Assembly (NCBI GenBank): GCA_965153355.1
Contig: OZ231126.1
Coordinates: forward strand, 26,536,001 to 26,600,000
Length of the DNA stretch: 64,000 bases
Direction of reading: 5' to 3'
DNA from: Flaccisagitta enflata
Taxonomy: Eukaryota
In this document: positions 26,440 to 38,650 of the stretch, piece by piece
Layout of the letters: the number at the start of each line of letters is the position of its first letter
Numbering within the stretch: position 1 is the first letter of the stretch
Program-made: the position numbers and the translations under genes
The notes under the pieces: generated by a model
Told to the model about the DNA's origin: nothing
Database searches by the model: none
What the model saw: the letters and a program-made list of their open reading frames with translations, nothing else

Positions 26440-28318
26440 TATAATACTTGTCCCATTCTTTACTTTTTATTTTGTCATCATCGCGATCTTCTTCTTTTGC
26501 TTCTTCTTCTTCTCCTCTTTCTTCTTCTTCTTTGTCTTCTTCTTCTTCTTCTTCTTCTCCTTCTTCTTCTTTTTTTTTCTTCTCCTTCTTCCTCTTGTTC
26601 TTTTTCTCTTTTTTCTTATTCCTCTTCCTCTTCACAGTACTCTATACCCCTTCCCCTCTTTAACCCTATATAGCTGCTTGTACTTTGTGCAATGGCTGGA
26701 CTTTTTTTCAATTTTCCGGATTGAGGATATCATCTTCCAAGCGATTTTGACGAATCTTCCACCTCGCTGCACATCATCAGCGGTATATGAACCTCATCAG
26801 TAGATGCTAGGGAGTAGGTTTCTGTCGGTTTTGGACCGTGCGTAGCCGTGCAATTTTTTTAAGAGTTCAGTTTATTTTCATATACAAATTAGCCTCAGCA
26901 TGTTTTATGAATGATTGTTTTTCGGGTATGATTTTTGAGCTCCCTCTAGGTTTTTTCATTTTTCTTATCAATTTCGACATAAAACATCTTGAAAAAAGCT
27001 TTGTTTACGAACTTTATTGAATTTTCTTGAAAAAAAATTGATTTCAAAGATTGAATTCGATTTTTTGATTTTTCTGGGATTTTTCTGACTAGTTCACTTT
27101 TGACTAAGCCTACAAGTAAAATAATGAATTTCTTCACCCAAATACGGTTGAAACATGTATAAGAGATGCATATTTATCAGTAAACAGTGATAGAGCGATT
27201 TTGGTGATGATCGCGATTTAGCCTTCCTGCGTCCATAATAACAGATTCGCAGCAATGTGCGACGGACGAACAGACATAGCGCGTTATAGAGTGGCGCGCA
27301 AGCAACTGAACAAGGCCATTTCAAGTATGCCAACTATGCGTCCTCTTAGATTGAATGTTTCTTTTAATATGAATGTTTTTATGAATGAATGTTTCGTTTT
27401 TTTTATAAATGAGTGTCATTTAAGAATGAATGAATGATGTAACGAATGAATTACTAACTGTTTGCAACTTTTACTCCGATTAAAACCGATTTTCTGTTGA
27501 AACAAGGCCAAGTCGGCCAATCAGGTGCGACATGTGGATCGTTGAACGAATGCGTTACAGACCAACCGACCGACCGACCGACCGACCAACCGACCGACCG
27601 ACTGACCGACCGACACAGCCAGTTATAGAGGTGCTTTGTCGCATCTAAAAATGCATGATTTTGATGTTTTTGATGAATGCGTTACCGACCGATCAACCAA
27701 CCAACCAACCAACGGACACAGCCTAATATAGAGATGCGAGGACGCATCTAAAAACCACTCTGCGACAGTATTAGGAAATGTAAGGATAGAGCAGTATGAT
27801 GAGGATTTAGAAAATGACATGGTGAACAATATCCCTCACTATACCCATACTGAAAAACATGGAAGAGGGCCTTGTGAACCCTCGCCGACTAATTAAACGA
27901 GCACCATTCTTAGTTATCGATGAATTGTACGCATCATAAAAACCCTGCTCGTGCATCTAGCTCCCCCCCCCCATAAAGAACACAGCTTACCAAAACTATT
28001 CAAGTACAAATAATTGTTACCTGTTTAACCATAACTCAACAAATCACCCGAGGGCAACATGGCAACATATAAGGGATATACAGGGGACAAAGAGAAAAAA
28101 TGGGGAAAAGGAAAACTGAAGGAGGATAACGTTGGAAGGAAGGGGGAGGGGAGGTGAAAGGAAGGGGGGGAACAGTTTGGTGAAAGAGGAAGGGGAAGTT
28201 GGAATCGACGGCCCAGAATAATCCGAGTTGATCGATCGGTGACTGCTGACTACCAAAAGGGGGAGAAGGAGGGCAAAAGAAGGGGATTGTGGGAGAGAAT
28301 GTGAATGAGAACAGGAAG

Positions 28319-28405
<87 letters not shown>

Positions 28406-28439
28406 CTCTGGCAGGCGCAATGTCCAACGCATTCAACCG

Positions 28440-28532
<93 letters not shown>

Positions 28533-29106
28533 CATCCTTTTCTTTCCTTTCTTTCTTTCCTTCCTTCCTTCCTTCCTTCCTTTCTTTCTTTCTTTTCTTT
28601 TCTCTCTCTCTCTCTTCCGCTATGAGGTCAACTGACATGTTAAAGATATGATCGATCGAATTCAAGAATACGCCGTGAGTCAAAATGGGAGGAGAAAGAA
28701 GGCTTACGAAGATGACGATGATGACGATAACAACGACGACGACAACAAACATGACGACGATGACGCCGGTTAGGATGACTCCAATATAAACTAGGATTGC
28801 AAGATGATGATGACGACGATGACAATGACGATGACGATGACGACGATGACGATGACGCAGCAAAGACGACGAAACGGAGCGGGTTTGAATTCGAAAATGT
28901 TGGCAGTTCTTGATCAAAGCCTCTGACTGCCTCAGCATCCCCCTCCCCCCTCCGTTCTCCTCCCTATCATTTCCCCCTCTCCCCCCCCCCCATTGCATCT
29001 TTTCCCTGTCCCCTGATTTTCATTTTCTTCTCTTCTTTCCTTCGGAGCAACGTTAGGAGGAGCGTTGCCTCATGGGAGAAACAGCTGCCCCGCCTTTACT
29101 TCCCTG

Positions 29107-29200
<94 letters not shown>

Positions 29201-29327
29201 TTTCCTTCCTCAGTCTTCGAACAAATATCTTTTGTTTTCAACAAAAAGAATTGGCATTGCAAGCGTTGACATTGGTGTAGTGTGGAATCCGATTTTACTT
29301 ACACAGAAAAGGCACGATTCGACATTC

Positions 29328-29534
29328 CCCGGGCCAACTATAACAAACGTGTCCACACCCTGTGACAACTATTTCACGTTTACACACAGGAATGTTAATA
29401 ACTCTGAAATAATAAAGTACTATTTCTATGGCGCATGATCTAAGTACTCAATCACCTGTGTTAAATTCATTTTTTTGATTTATTCAATAAACTGCTGTCA
29501 CAAAGTGTGGGCATATTTCTTATAGTTGGTCCGG
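29328..29534. mobile_element. Short degenerate MITE
   Basis: ~40-bp imperfect TIR CCGGGCCAACTATAACAAACGTGTCCACAC / GTGTGGGCATATTTCTTATAGTTGGTCCGG. Confidence 0.6.
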
Positions 29535-31209
29535 CGACTACCAAATCATGCCAGCGGCTTACGCATGACGATAAAAAAAAGACACACTTATGAAAAGCTT
29601 ATTTAACTAGTGAATCTGAGAATGCACACGCATATGACGATGAAGATTCTATTTGACGCCAATCTAGTATGTCTAGCTTTGTCCGTTTGGAAACGACATT
29701 AATTTTTGTGTAAACACTACCAAATTTTGTTTTCTCGCTCTTATTTCTGGGCGTTCACCCGTCCAATAAGAGTCAAAACTGTTTTCAAATAAAACCACGA
29801 GCTTGATCAGAAGCATATTTACAAACCATTACAATGCAGTGATATTAGAGTAACGCTCTAGCGCTCTAGCGCAAGCACGTATTAGGAGTCAAAGATATCC
29901 GTTACATGCGGCTTTTCCCCTCTTTTTTTCCCTGACTTAAATTCCAATTACCTATGATAGCTCCTCCGATTTTTCTCTCTTCTAATGCAGCTTTGACAAT
30001 TTACAATAAATGTTAATCGTTTTTCTCATTCGTTTTCTTGATTTCTTTCAATTTTCAATCTCTCAACGTCATTCCATTCCTTTCTGTTGTCTTATCTCTT
30101 CATTTTCAATGTCTATCACTTTTGCTCATTTATTGCATATGGATTAGAAGCCTGGATTCCTAGGCTGGTTACATTTACCAAATAAAATTGTTCTTAAAAT
30201 TGTTAAACATTTGTTGAAGGAGCTACAGCTTTAATTGGTAAAGTTATCATTATTTATTGTTTATATATGAAATATTAAATTAGCTAATGATTCAATTAAT
30301 TGATGATGGGTAAAAGAATTGGCTTGTGTTTTATATGCATCTGTTTGCATCCCTGCATATTTTCTTCTTCGAAGTTCTTTCCGTTTTTACGTGCGCCAAG
30401 GCAAGTCAATTTTTAAGGAGCTCACTCCGTCGATCGGTCGGTTCGACGATCCACACGGCGCACGTTTTGGGCTACTTGGCCTTGTTCTTATTCCTAATTT
30501 TGCCCTTCACTCTTAGTTTCTTGTTACCTTTTTTTCTCTCTCTTTTTCTTCCTTCCTTTCTTTCTTTCCTTCCTTTCTTTTATCTCTATTTGATTCCACT
30601 TTCTTTTCTTCTATCTTCTCCTGGTATCTTCTGCCTTACTTTTCTCATTCCAGCTTCTTACCATCCGCCTTTTAACAGTTTTTTGGCGGCTTTAGAATCA
30701 CTGCCCCTGTCCAAATGCGTCAATATTCTTTTCCTGAACAGCTTACTTGCGCGCGACTAGGATAACCGTGTATTCGGCCCCGTTCCTTCTGCTATCCTAC
30801 CTCCCCTCTTTCCGCTCCGTATCATCCTTTCCTTTCTTTTTATTTTTATTTTTATTTTTTTTGCTTCTGCTTTCCTTTCCGCTTTCGCCTCGAGTCAACG
30901 CATGCGCAAAACAGAGAAAGAGAGGCGCGTTTCTCCCCCGCCTGCTTCCGTTTGCGCCCGGAGGAAATCGAGGGGGAGAAGGAGGAGGAAGAGGAGGAGG
31001 AAGAAGAAGAAGAAAAAGTGATAGAAAGAATGACGTTGAGGAAAGAAAAAGAGGAGGATGAAGTGGAGGAGGTTGTATATCAAACAGAGATTCTATGAAT
31101 GTTAATTGGAAATTAGAGCCTCCAAGTCTCGCGAACGTAAACAGGAAGAAGGCGAGGAGTGAGACAGAGATTCTGATGAGAGGAAGAGACAAAAGAAAAG
31201 ACAGATATC

Positions 31210-32079
31210 TACGGGATATATGTAGATGATCTAATTCTCATCCTGATCGCATCGGGTGTTGGCTGTCATCTGATACGTACCTTCGCCGCCGCCTTGTTTT
31301 ACGCCGATGATATGGCGGTTCTAGCGCCTTCACTTAAAGGGCTTCAGAAGCTGTTAGATTTATGCAGTCTTTACTGTACTGAGTGGGACATCCGTCTCAA
31401 CGTGAAAAAAACGAAAAATCTATTCTTTGGGTGCAAATCAGCTCCATCGCATTCAGTCACATTAAACAATGATTTCATTCCATGGGAGTCAAAGTGGAAA
31501 TATCTGGGAATCACGTTAAAATCTGGCGTCGCATTTGGCTGCTGCATTCAGGAAACAGTGGCTAAATACTACCGAGCTCTCAATGCCCTTCTTTGAGTTG
31601 AAGGACGATCCAACGATATGGCGATGCTGCGACTCATTGAAGCTCACTGTATCTCCATTCTTACCTACGGCATCGAGATTCTGCACGTCAGAGACAGAGA
31701 TGAGAGGAGAAAAATGAGGGTTGCCTACTATGCAGCATACCGGAAACTCTTCTGTTACTCTTTACGCCAAAGTGTCACTGACCTGCAGCACTGCCTGCAC
31801 CGCCCAACGTGGGAAGAACTCACTGAGAAGCGACAAAGAAAATTTCGCCATCGACTCTCTGACTCTCCAATTGACTCATTGGCTCGGGTCTCATTATGGT
31901 GATATTCACAATCACAGTGTCTAATGGTGACATTCACGGTGTCTAATGGTGACATGATTGTATGTCTTTGTGTTATTTTATTTCTTCTTTTTGTCTTTTT
32001 GGTGTAAATCATAACCATAATTGTACTCGTCCTTATTTATAATTTGCCTGTTCTACACTATTGTGTGAATAAACATCAT
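31210..32079 (+). mobile_element. 5'-truncated non-LTR retrotransposon (LINE): C-terminal reverse transcriptase region plus 3' UTR; clade tentatively RTE-X-like
   Basis: Frame reads YGIYVDDL...GVGCH...LFYADDMAVLAPSLKGLQKLLDLC...KWKYLGI. One in-frame TGA at 31594-31596, then the same frame continues to a stop at 31902. T-rich UTR ends GAATAAACATCAT. No clear TSD; clade assignment is from motif recall only. Confidence 0.9.
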
Positions 32080-33072
32080 ATAGGGACAGAGAGGGGAATA
32101 TACGAAGAGAGTAAAATACTGTCAGAAACTGAAACAAAGAGAGAAGAAGATAATGACAGAAACGCCGACATAGGAGGAGACAGAAAGGGAAGATCAAATC
32201 TGAAGTAGAGACTAGGCAGAGGATGATGCAGATAAGGAGACAGACACATAGATAACTCGCGATAAAGATTGAATCTGGGGAGACAGGGATGGAATTAGTG
32301 GATGAGACAGAGAAGGGGATTATGGTAGATATTCTAGTTAGGGTATCTCGGTTGGGCTTGTTCTTGCACAAAATGCTAAAAACTTGAGTTTTCTAACTGG
32401 AACTATCACCATCGACCTTCCTGACAGCCATTTTAGGTGTGAAAAACAATCTAGGAGCAAAAATGTGCAGGCAGGACCCTTTTAAGCCAAACCGCGTAAA
32501 TAACAAGAAAATTAAAGGCGTTTTAACCAGTTATTGCTCTTTTCCTTCAATAAACAAAGATAATTAGGTAAATTATTCCTAATATTGGGCCAAAACAAAG
32601 TTACAGTGGTATCTAAATGTGTACTTTAAGATATCTCAGGATCAATTCATCCACGACAGTGGTTTGACTATCAAGAACTAGCTCACCCTTCTCGTGAGAG
32701 CTGATTAGATGCTGAGTATTGATGCACTATAGTATAGATGGGACATTGGCATTTTTTTGTCCAGGAATGATTGATAACAGGTCACTAGATAGTATGTTTA
32801 CCCCTTCACGGGTGCGGGCTACCTGTACCTGGACGGAATTTACTATTTTTATGTTTTTATAAAGTAAAACAAAACAGTGGCAAACTTTTTGACCAATTTT
32901 GGATACCGCGAGTTCCATTTATTCATCACCACTCCAAGCTGGTTGTGGTGAAAATGTTGAAATTTGGTCACTTTGGGCTCAAAATCGGGCCACTTTGGTT
33001 TTGAAATTTGACCCAAAATCTGTGAGATTATGAAACTAGAGCTCAAGAGCTAACCAGTGGTGCAATCCGCAT

Positions 33073-33424
33073 TACGTCTGCCAGAGTGCCCAGACAAGCC
33101 AAAATTGTACTTGGCCTGGCAAAAATATTTTTCCTTTGCAAAAATGCTTTAAAATGAGCTATAGCACAATTTACAAATCAATCAGGAACCATCATTAGGG
33201 TGACCTTGAAGTTTTTATAGATCTGTATGAGAGTGACAAAATTTGCATAACAGAAAAAGAGATTCCAATGATAATCCAATGCAAATTTCAACTTCACCCT
33301 AAAGATGGTTCCTGATTGATTCGAAAGTTGCGCAATGGCTCATTTGAAAGCATTTTTGCAAAAGAAAAATATTTTTGCCAGGCGAAGTACAATTTCGGCT
33401 TTTCTATGCACTCTGACAGACGTA
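33073..33424. mobile_element. MITE with long TIRs and an 8-bp TSD, nested in the left arm of the foldback element
   Basis: TACGTCTGCCAGAGTGC...GCACTCTGACAGACGTA. TSD ATCCGCAT at 33065-33072 and 33425-33432. The right arm of the host shows the empty site with a single ATCCGCAT. Confidence 0.9.
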
Positions 33425-34140
33425 ATCCGCATGTTGCTATCGTTTTTTGTTAAGATTTGAGAGCTTTTCAAAGATGGAAGGGTATGAGGGTTTTTTAACC
33501 AGATGAATTTGGTGGTCAATTTTGACATTTTTTACAATTTTTGATTTATCTCCGCTTTGGATGGACGAATTTGGATGAAATTGGTGACCAATTTGAAGAG
33601 TTTTTGATGCTCTAACTGAATCTGGTAAAATTTTTGATCGATATGACCCTCAAAAATTTTGGGAGACTCTAGAAGCAGGTGTTAAAAAGTGAATTTTTTT
33701 GCCATTTTGGCTACTTTGGTCAAATAATTTGGGCACTTCCGAGAGAGAAAATGACAAAAAATCAGTGGGCAAATTAAACTACCGTTCAAGATCTAGCCAA
33801 TGGTGCAATCGGCATGTCAATAGGTTAAAGCATATAGATTTGGCAAAGCTTCAAAGATCAGTGGGTATGATAAAATGACATTTTTTGGTAATTTCCGTTT
33901 ATAAATTTGCCCCGAAATCTGTGAGATTATAAAACTAGAGCTCAAGAGCTAACCAGTGGTGCAATTCGCATGTTGCTATCGTTTTTTGTTAAGATTTGAG
34001 AGTTTTTCAAAGATGGAAGGGTATGAGGGTTTTATTACCAGATGAATTTTGTGGTCAATTTTGACATTTTTTACAATTTTTGATATATCTCTGCTTTGGA
34101 TGGACAAATTTGGATGAAATTGGTGACCAAATTGAAGAGT

Positions 34141-35921
34141 TTTTAGTCGCGTGCACGCGACTCTACAACCCGCTCCGTCGGTCCGTCGGTCGGTCGGTCC
34201 GTCGGTCCGTCCGTAACACTTTGCTTTTTTTCGTCTTTTTGGGTCGTCTGGAGTTATTTTGAGTCATTTTTTTGTTGCTTTTGGGAATTATTGGTTGCTT
34301 TTAGTCATTTTTGGTTATTTTTGGTCAGTTTTGGTCATTTTGGTCATTTTGGTCATTTTGATCATGTTGGTCATTTTTGGTCATTTTTGGTCATTTTTGA
34401 TCATTTTTGATTATTTTTGGTCATTTTTGGTCATTTTTGGTCATTCTTGGTCATTTTTGGTCATTTTTGGTCATTTTTGGTCATTTTTGGTCATTTTGGT
34501 CATTTTGGTCATTTTGGTCATTTTGGTCATTTTGGTCATTTTTGACCATTTTTGGTCATTTTTGGTCATTTTTGGTCATTTTTCGTCATTTTTGGTCATT
34601 TTGGTCATTTTGGTCATTTTGGTCATTTTTGGTCATTTTTGGTCATTTTTGGTCATTTTAGGTCATTTGGGTCATTTTTGGTCATTCTTGGTCATTTTTG
34701 GTCATTTTTGGTCATTTTTGGTCATTTTTGGTCATTTTGATCATTTTGATCATTTTGATCATTTTTGATCATTTTTGGTCATTTTTGTTCATTTTTGGTC
34801 AATTTTGGTTATTTTTGATCATTTTGGTCATTTTGGTCATTTTTGATCATTTTTGGTCATTTTTGGTCATTTTTGGTCATTTTTGGTCATTTTTGGTCAT
34901 AAAGTCTGCTGGTTAAAGTCCGCTGGGTAAAGTCTGATGGTTTAAGTCTGCTGGTTTAAATCTGCTGGTTTAAGTCTGCTGGTTTAAATCTAATGGGTTA
35001 AGTCTGCTGGTTAAAGTCTGCTGGTTTAAATCTGCTGGTTTAAGTCTGCTGGTTTAAGTCTGCTGGTTTAAATCTAATGGTTTAGGTCTGCTGGTCTAAT
35101 GGTTTAAGTCTGCTGGTTTAAGTCTGCTGGTTAAAATGATATTAAAGATAAGTATGGTTTAAGTCTGGTTTAAGTCTGGTTTATGTCTGGTTGAAGTCTG
35201 GTTTAAGCATGGTTTAAGTCTGGTTAAGTCTGGTTTAAGTCTGGTTTAAGACTGGTTCATGTCTGATTTATGTGTGGTTTAGGTCTGGGTTAGGTCTGGT
35301 TTAGGTCTGGTGTATGTCTGGTTTTTGTCTGGTTTATGTTTGATTTAGGTCTGATTTAGGTCTGGTTTTGGTCTGGTTTTGGTCTGGCTTTGGTTTGGTT
35401 TCATTCTGGTTTGAGTCTGGTTTGAGTCTGGTTTGAGTCTGATTTGAGTCTGGTTTGAGTCTGGTTTGATTCTGGTTTGAGCCTGGTTTGAGCCTGGTTT
35501 GAGCCTGGTTTGAGCCTGGTTTGAGCCTGGTTTAAGTCTGGTTTAAGTCTGGTTTGAGTTTGGTTTGAGTCTGGTTTGAGTCTGGTTTGAGTGTGGTTCG
35601 AGTCTGGATTGAGTCTGGATTGAGTCTGGTTTGAGTCTGGCTTAAATCTGGTTTATATCTGGTTTATGTCTGGTTTATGTCTGATTTAGGTCTGTTTTTG
35701 GTCTGGTTTAATTCTGGTTTGAGTCTGGTTTGAGTCTGGTTTGAGTCTGGTTTGAGTCTGGTTTGAGTCTGGTTTGAGTCTGGTTTGAGTCTGGTTTGAG
35801 TCTGGTTTGGGTCTGTTTTGGGTTGCGTTTAAGTCTGATTTTCGATAAAAAGATACAATAAGGAGTCAGGTCAGTTCAATTATTTTTGTCCTGCACGCGA
35901 CTTATAGGTGTTGGCCTTGTT
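34141..35921 (+). mobile_element. HINE/DINE-1-like element (group A) carrying three satellite arrays, nested in the foldback arm
   Basis: 5' TTTTAGTCGCGTGCACGCGACT hairpin, GTCC/GTCG microsatellite, 3' GCACGCGACT subterminal inverted repeat (subTIR) and GGCCTTGTT end. Inserted in the T-run of GAAGAGTTTTTGATGCTC (empty site at ~33595), no TSD. Arrays: GGTCATTTT(T) ~34300-34900, AAGTCTGCTGGTTT ~34900-35135, GAGTCTGGTTT ~35160-35830. Confidence 0.85.
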
Positions 35922-36398
35922 GATGCTCTAACTGAATCTGGTAAAATTTTTGATCGATATGACCTTCAAAATTTTTGGGAGACTCTAGAAGCAGGTGCTA
36001 AAAAGTGAATTTTTTCACCCTTTTGGCTACTTTGGTCAAATAATTTGGGCACTTCGGAGATAGAAAATGATAAAAAATCAGTGGGCAAATTAAACTACTG
36101 TTCAAGACCTAACCAATGGTGCAATCGGCATGTCAATAGGTTTAAGCATATAGATTTGGCAAAGCTTCAAAGATCAGTGGGTATGATAAAATGACATTTT
36201 TTGGTTATTTTGGTCATTTTGGGCCAACTGATATAGCGGGTTATAATGTCTTGTGCATGCGCCTAAAAATTATACGATAATTTTTTGCTGCTTCCTATTG
36301 ATATATTTCTTTAAAAAAATGCCCACTGATTTTTTGTCATTTTCTATCTTGGAATTATTTAACCTAAGTAGCCAAAAGGGCGAAAAAATTCACTTTTT

Positions 36399-36994
36399 GG
36401 TCAGCGGCCCTGGAGGGACTGATGACCTATGATTCCACATAGGGCAAATTTTTTTGTTTCCGTCCGTCCATCTATCTGTCTGTCCTCCCATGCCTAGAAC
36501 ATCGCCTCCTGGGCCTTAAATTAAGCCTTTCAGACCCCAAATCAGGCCTATCAGATCCCAAATCAGGCTTTCTAGACCTCTATCAGGTCTTTCAGACCCC
36601 AAATCAGGGCTAAGCCGACCCTAAATCAGGCCTTTTGGACCCCTGATCAGGCCTTCCAGACCTCAAATCAGGCCTTCCCAGCCCATAATCAGGCCTTCCC
36701 AGCCCATAATCAGGCCTTGAGCTCTAAATCAGACAAAGATTCAGGCCTCTAAGCCCCAACACCAGCTTCTCAAACCTCTCAGATCAGGCATCTTAGACCT
36801 CAAATCAGGCAACTCAGACCTCAACTCAGGCTACTTGGACCCAAAATCAGGTCTCAAAGACCCTGCAATTGTCCAGCTTGGAATCATAGGTCATCGGCCC
36901 CGTGGGGGCCGCTGCCCCACTTATCATCTCATGCCAACATAAACCAACAAAGGGGCATTGGGTACCGCTGACCATGTAACGCTTTTGCGAGTAT
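36399..36994 (+). mobile_element. HINE-like element (group B) nested in the right foldback arm
   Basis: 5' GGTCAGCGG and 3' CCGCTGACC subTIR with ~21-bp internal repeats. Inserted in the T-run of AATTCACTTTTTAGCACC (empty site at ~37552). Confidence 0.8.
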
Positions 36995-38101
36995 AAGCAC
37001 CTGCTTCTAGAGTCTCCAAAAATTTTGAGGGTCATATTGATCAAAAATTTTACCAGATTCAGTTAGAGCATCAAAAACTCTTCAATTTGGTCACCAATTT
37101 CATCCAAATTCATCCATTCAAGGCAGAGATAAATCAAAAATTGAAAAAAATGTCAAAATTGACCACCAAATTCATCTAGTAATAAAACCCTCATACCCTT
37201 CCATTTTTTAAAAACTCTCAAATCTTAATAAAAAACGACAGCAACATGCGGATTGCACCACTGGTTAGCTCTTGAGCTCTAGTTTCATAATCTCACAGAT
37301 TTTGGGTCAAATTTATAAAGAGAAGTGGCCCGATTCTGAACCCAAAATGACCAAAATTACCAAAAATGTCATTTTATCATACCCACTGATCTTTGAAGCT
37401 TTGCCAAATCTATATGGTTTAACCTAGTGATATGCCGATTGCACCATTGGTTAGATCTTGAACAGAAGTTTAATTTGCCCACTGATTTTTTGTCATTTTC
37501 TATCTCGGAAGTGCCCAAATTATTTGACCAAAGTAGCCAAAATGGCGAAAAAATTCACTTTTTAGCACCTGCTTCTAGAGTCTCCCAAAATTTTTGAGGG
37601 TCATATCGATCAAAAATTTTATCAGATTCAGTTAGAGCATCAAAAACTCTTCAAATTGGTCACCAATTTCATCCAAATTCGTCCATCCAAAGCGGAGATA
37701 TATCAAAAATTGTAAAAAATGTCAAAATTGACCACCAAATTCATCTGGTTAAAAAACCCTCATACCCTTCCATCTTTGAAAAGCTCTCAAATCTTAACAA
37801 AAAACGATAGCAACATGCGGATTGCACCACTGGTTAGCTCTTGAGCTCTAGTTTCATAATCTCACAGATTTTGGGTCAAATTTCAAAACCAAAGTGGCCC
37901 AATTTTGAGCCCAAAGTGACCAAATTTCAACATTTTCACCACAACCACCTTGGAGTGATGATAAATAAATGGAACTCGCGGTATCCAAAATTGGTCAAAA
38001 AGTTTGCCACTGTTTTGTTTTACGTTATAAAAACATAAAAATAGTAAATTCCGTCCAGGTACAGGTAGCCCGCACCCGTGAAGGGGTTAACATACTATCT
38101 A

Positions 38102-38650
38102 CAGGTCACCCAAGGGCAATATGTGGTCAGCAATACCCATTGCCCTGCTTTGCATAATTTTGAATTGGAGTGAGAGGAAGCAGGGCAGCGGCCCCAAAGG
38201 GGACAAAGTCCTGTAGAACACAGGGGGACTTTCGTATGTCCGTCCGTCCATCCGCCCCTCCTAGGCTCTCTCAGGCCTGAAATCTACCCTCTCAGAACTG
38301 AAATCCACCCTCTCAAGCCTGAAATCTGCTCTCTCAGGCTTTGAATTGGAGAGGGCAGATTTCAGGCCTGAGAGGGCAGATTTAAGGCCTGAAAGGGCAG
38401 GTTTCAGACCTGAGAGGGGAGATTTCAGATCTGAAAGGACAAATTTCATACCTGAGAGGAGAGATTTCAGGCCTGAGAGGGCAGATTTCAAGGCTGAGAG
38501 GGTAGGTTTAAGGCCTGAAGGGCACATTCAAGGCCTGAGAGGCCAGATTTCAGGCCTGAGAGGGCAGATTCAAGGCCTGAGAGGGCAGATTCAAGGCCTG
38601 AGAGGGCAGATTTCAGGCCTGAGAGGGCAGATTTTGGGCCTGGGAGTAGC
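38102..38650 (-). mobile_element. HINE-like group B copy whose 3' tip is the target of the foldback element
   Basis: CAGGTCACCCAAGGGCAATATGTGGTCAGC is the reverse complement of the group B end seen at 40560-40591 and 43815-43843. 21-bp GGCCTGAGAGGGCAGATTTCA array. Confidence 0.8.

Larger units (their letters stand above)
32786..38101. mobile_element. 5.3-kb non-autonomous foldback DNA transposon with kb-scale modular inverted arms and an 8-bp TSD (hAT-type)
   Basis: Ends TAGATAGTATGTTTACCCCTTCACGGG...CCCGTGAAGGGGTTAACATACTATCTA. TSD CAGGTCAC at 32778-32785 and 38102-38109. Arms are built of ~540-570-bp repeat units; mirrored ORFs 32849..33046(-) and 37841..38038(+) confirm the symmetry. Confidence 0.9.

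Noticed and set aside
28640-28680. Plus-strand MIDRIQEYA followed by GTGAGT as an exon
   Set aside because: Very short, embedded among microsatellites, no partner exon or recognisable homology.
34259-34916. Hydrophobic membrane-protein-like ORFs
   Set aside because: Translation of the GGTCATTTT satellite.
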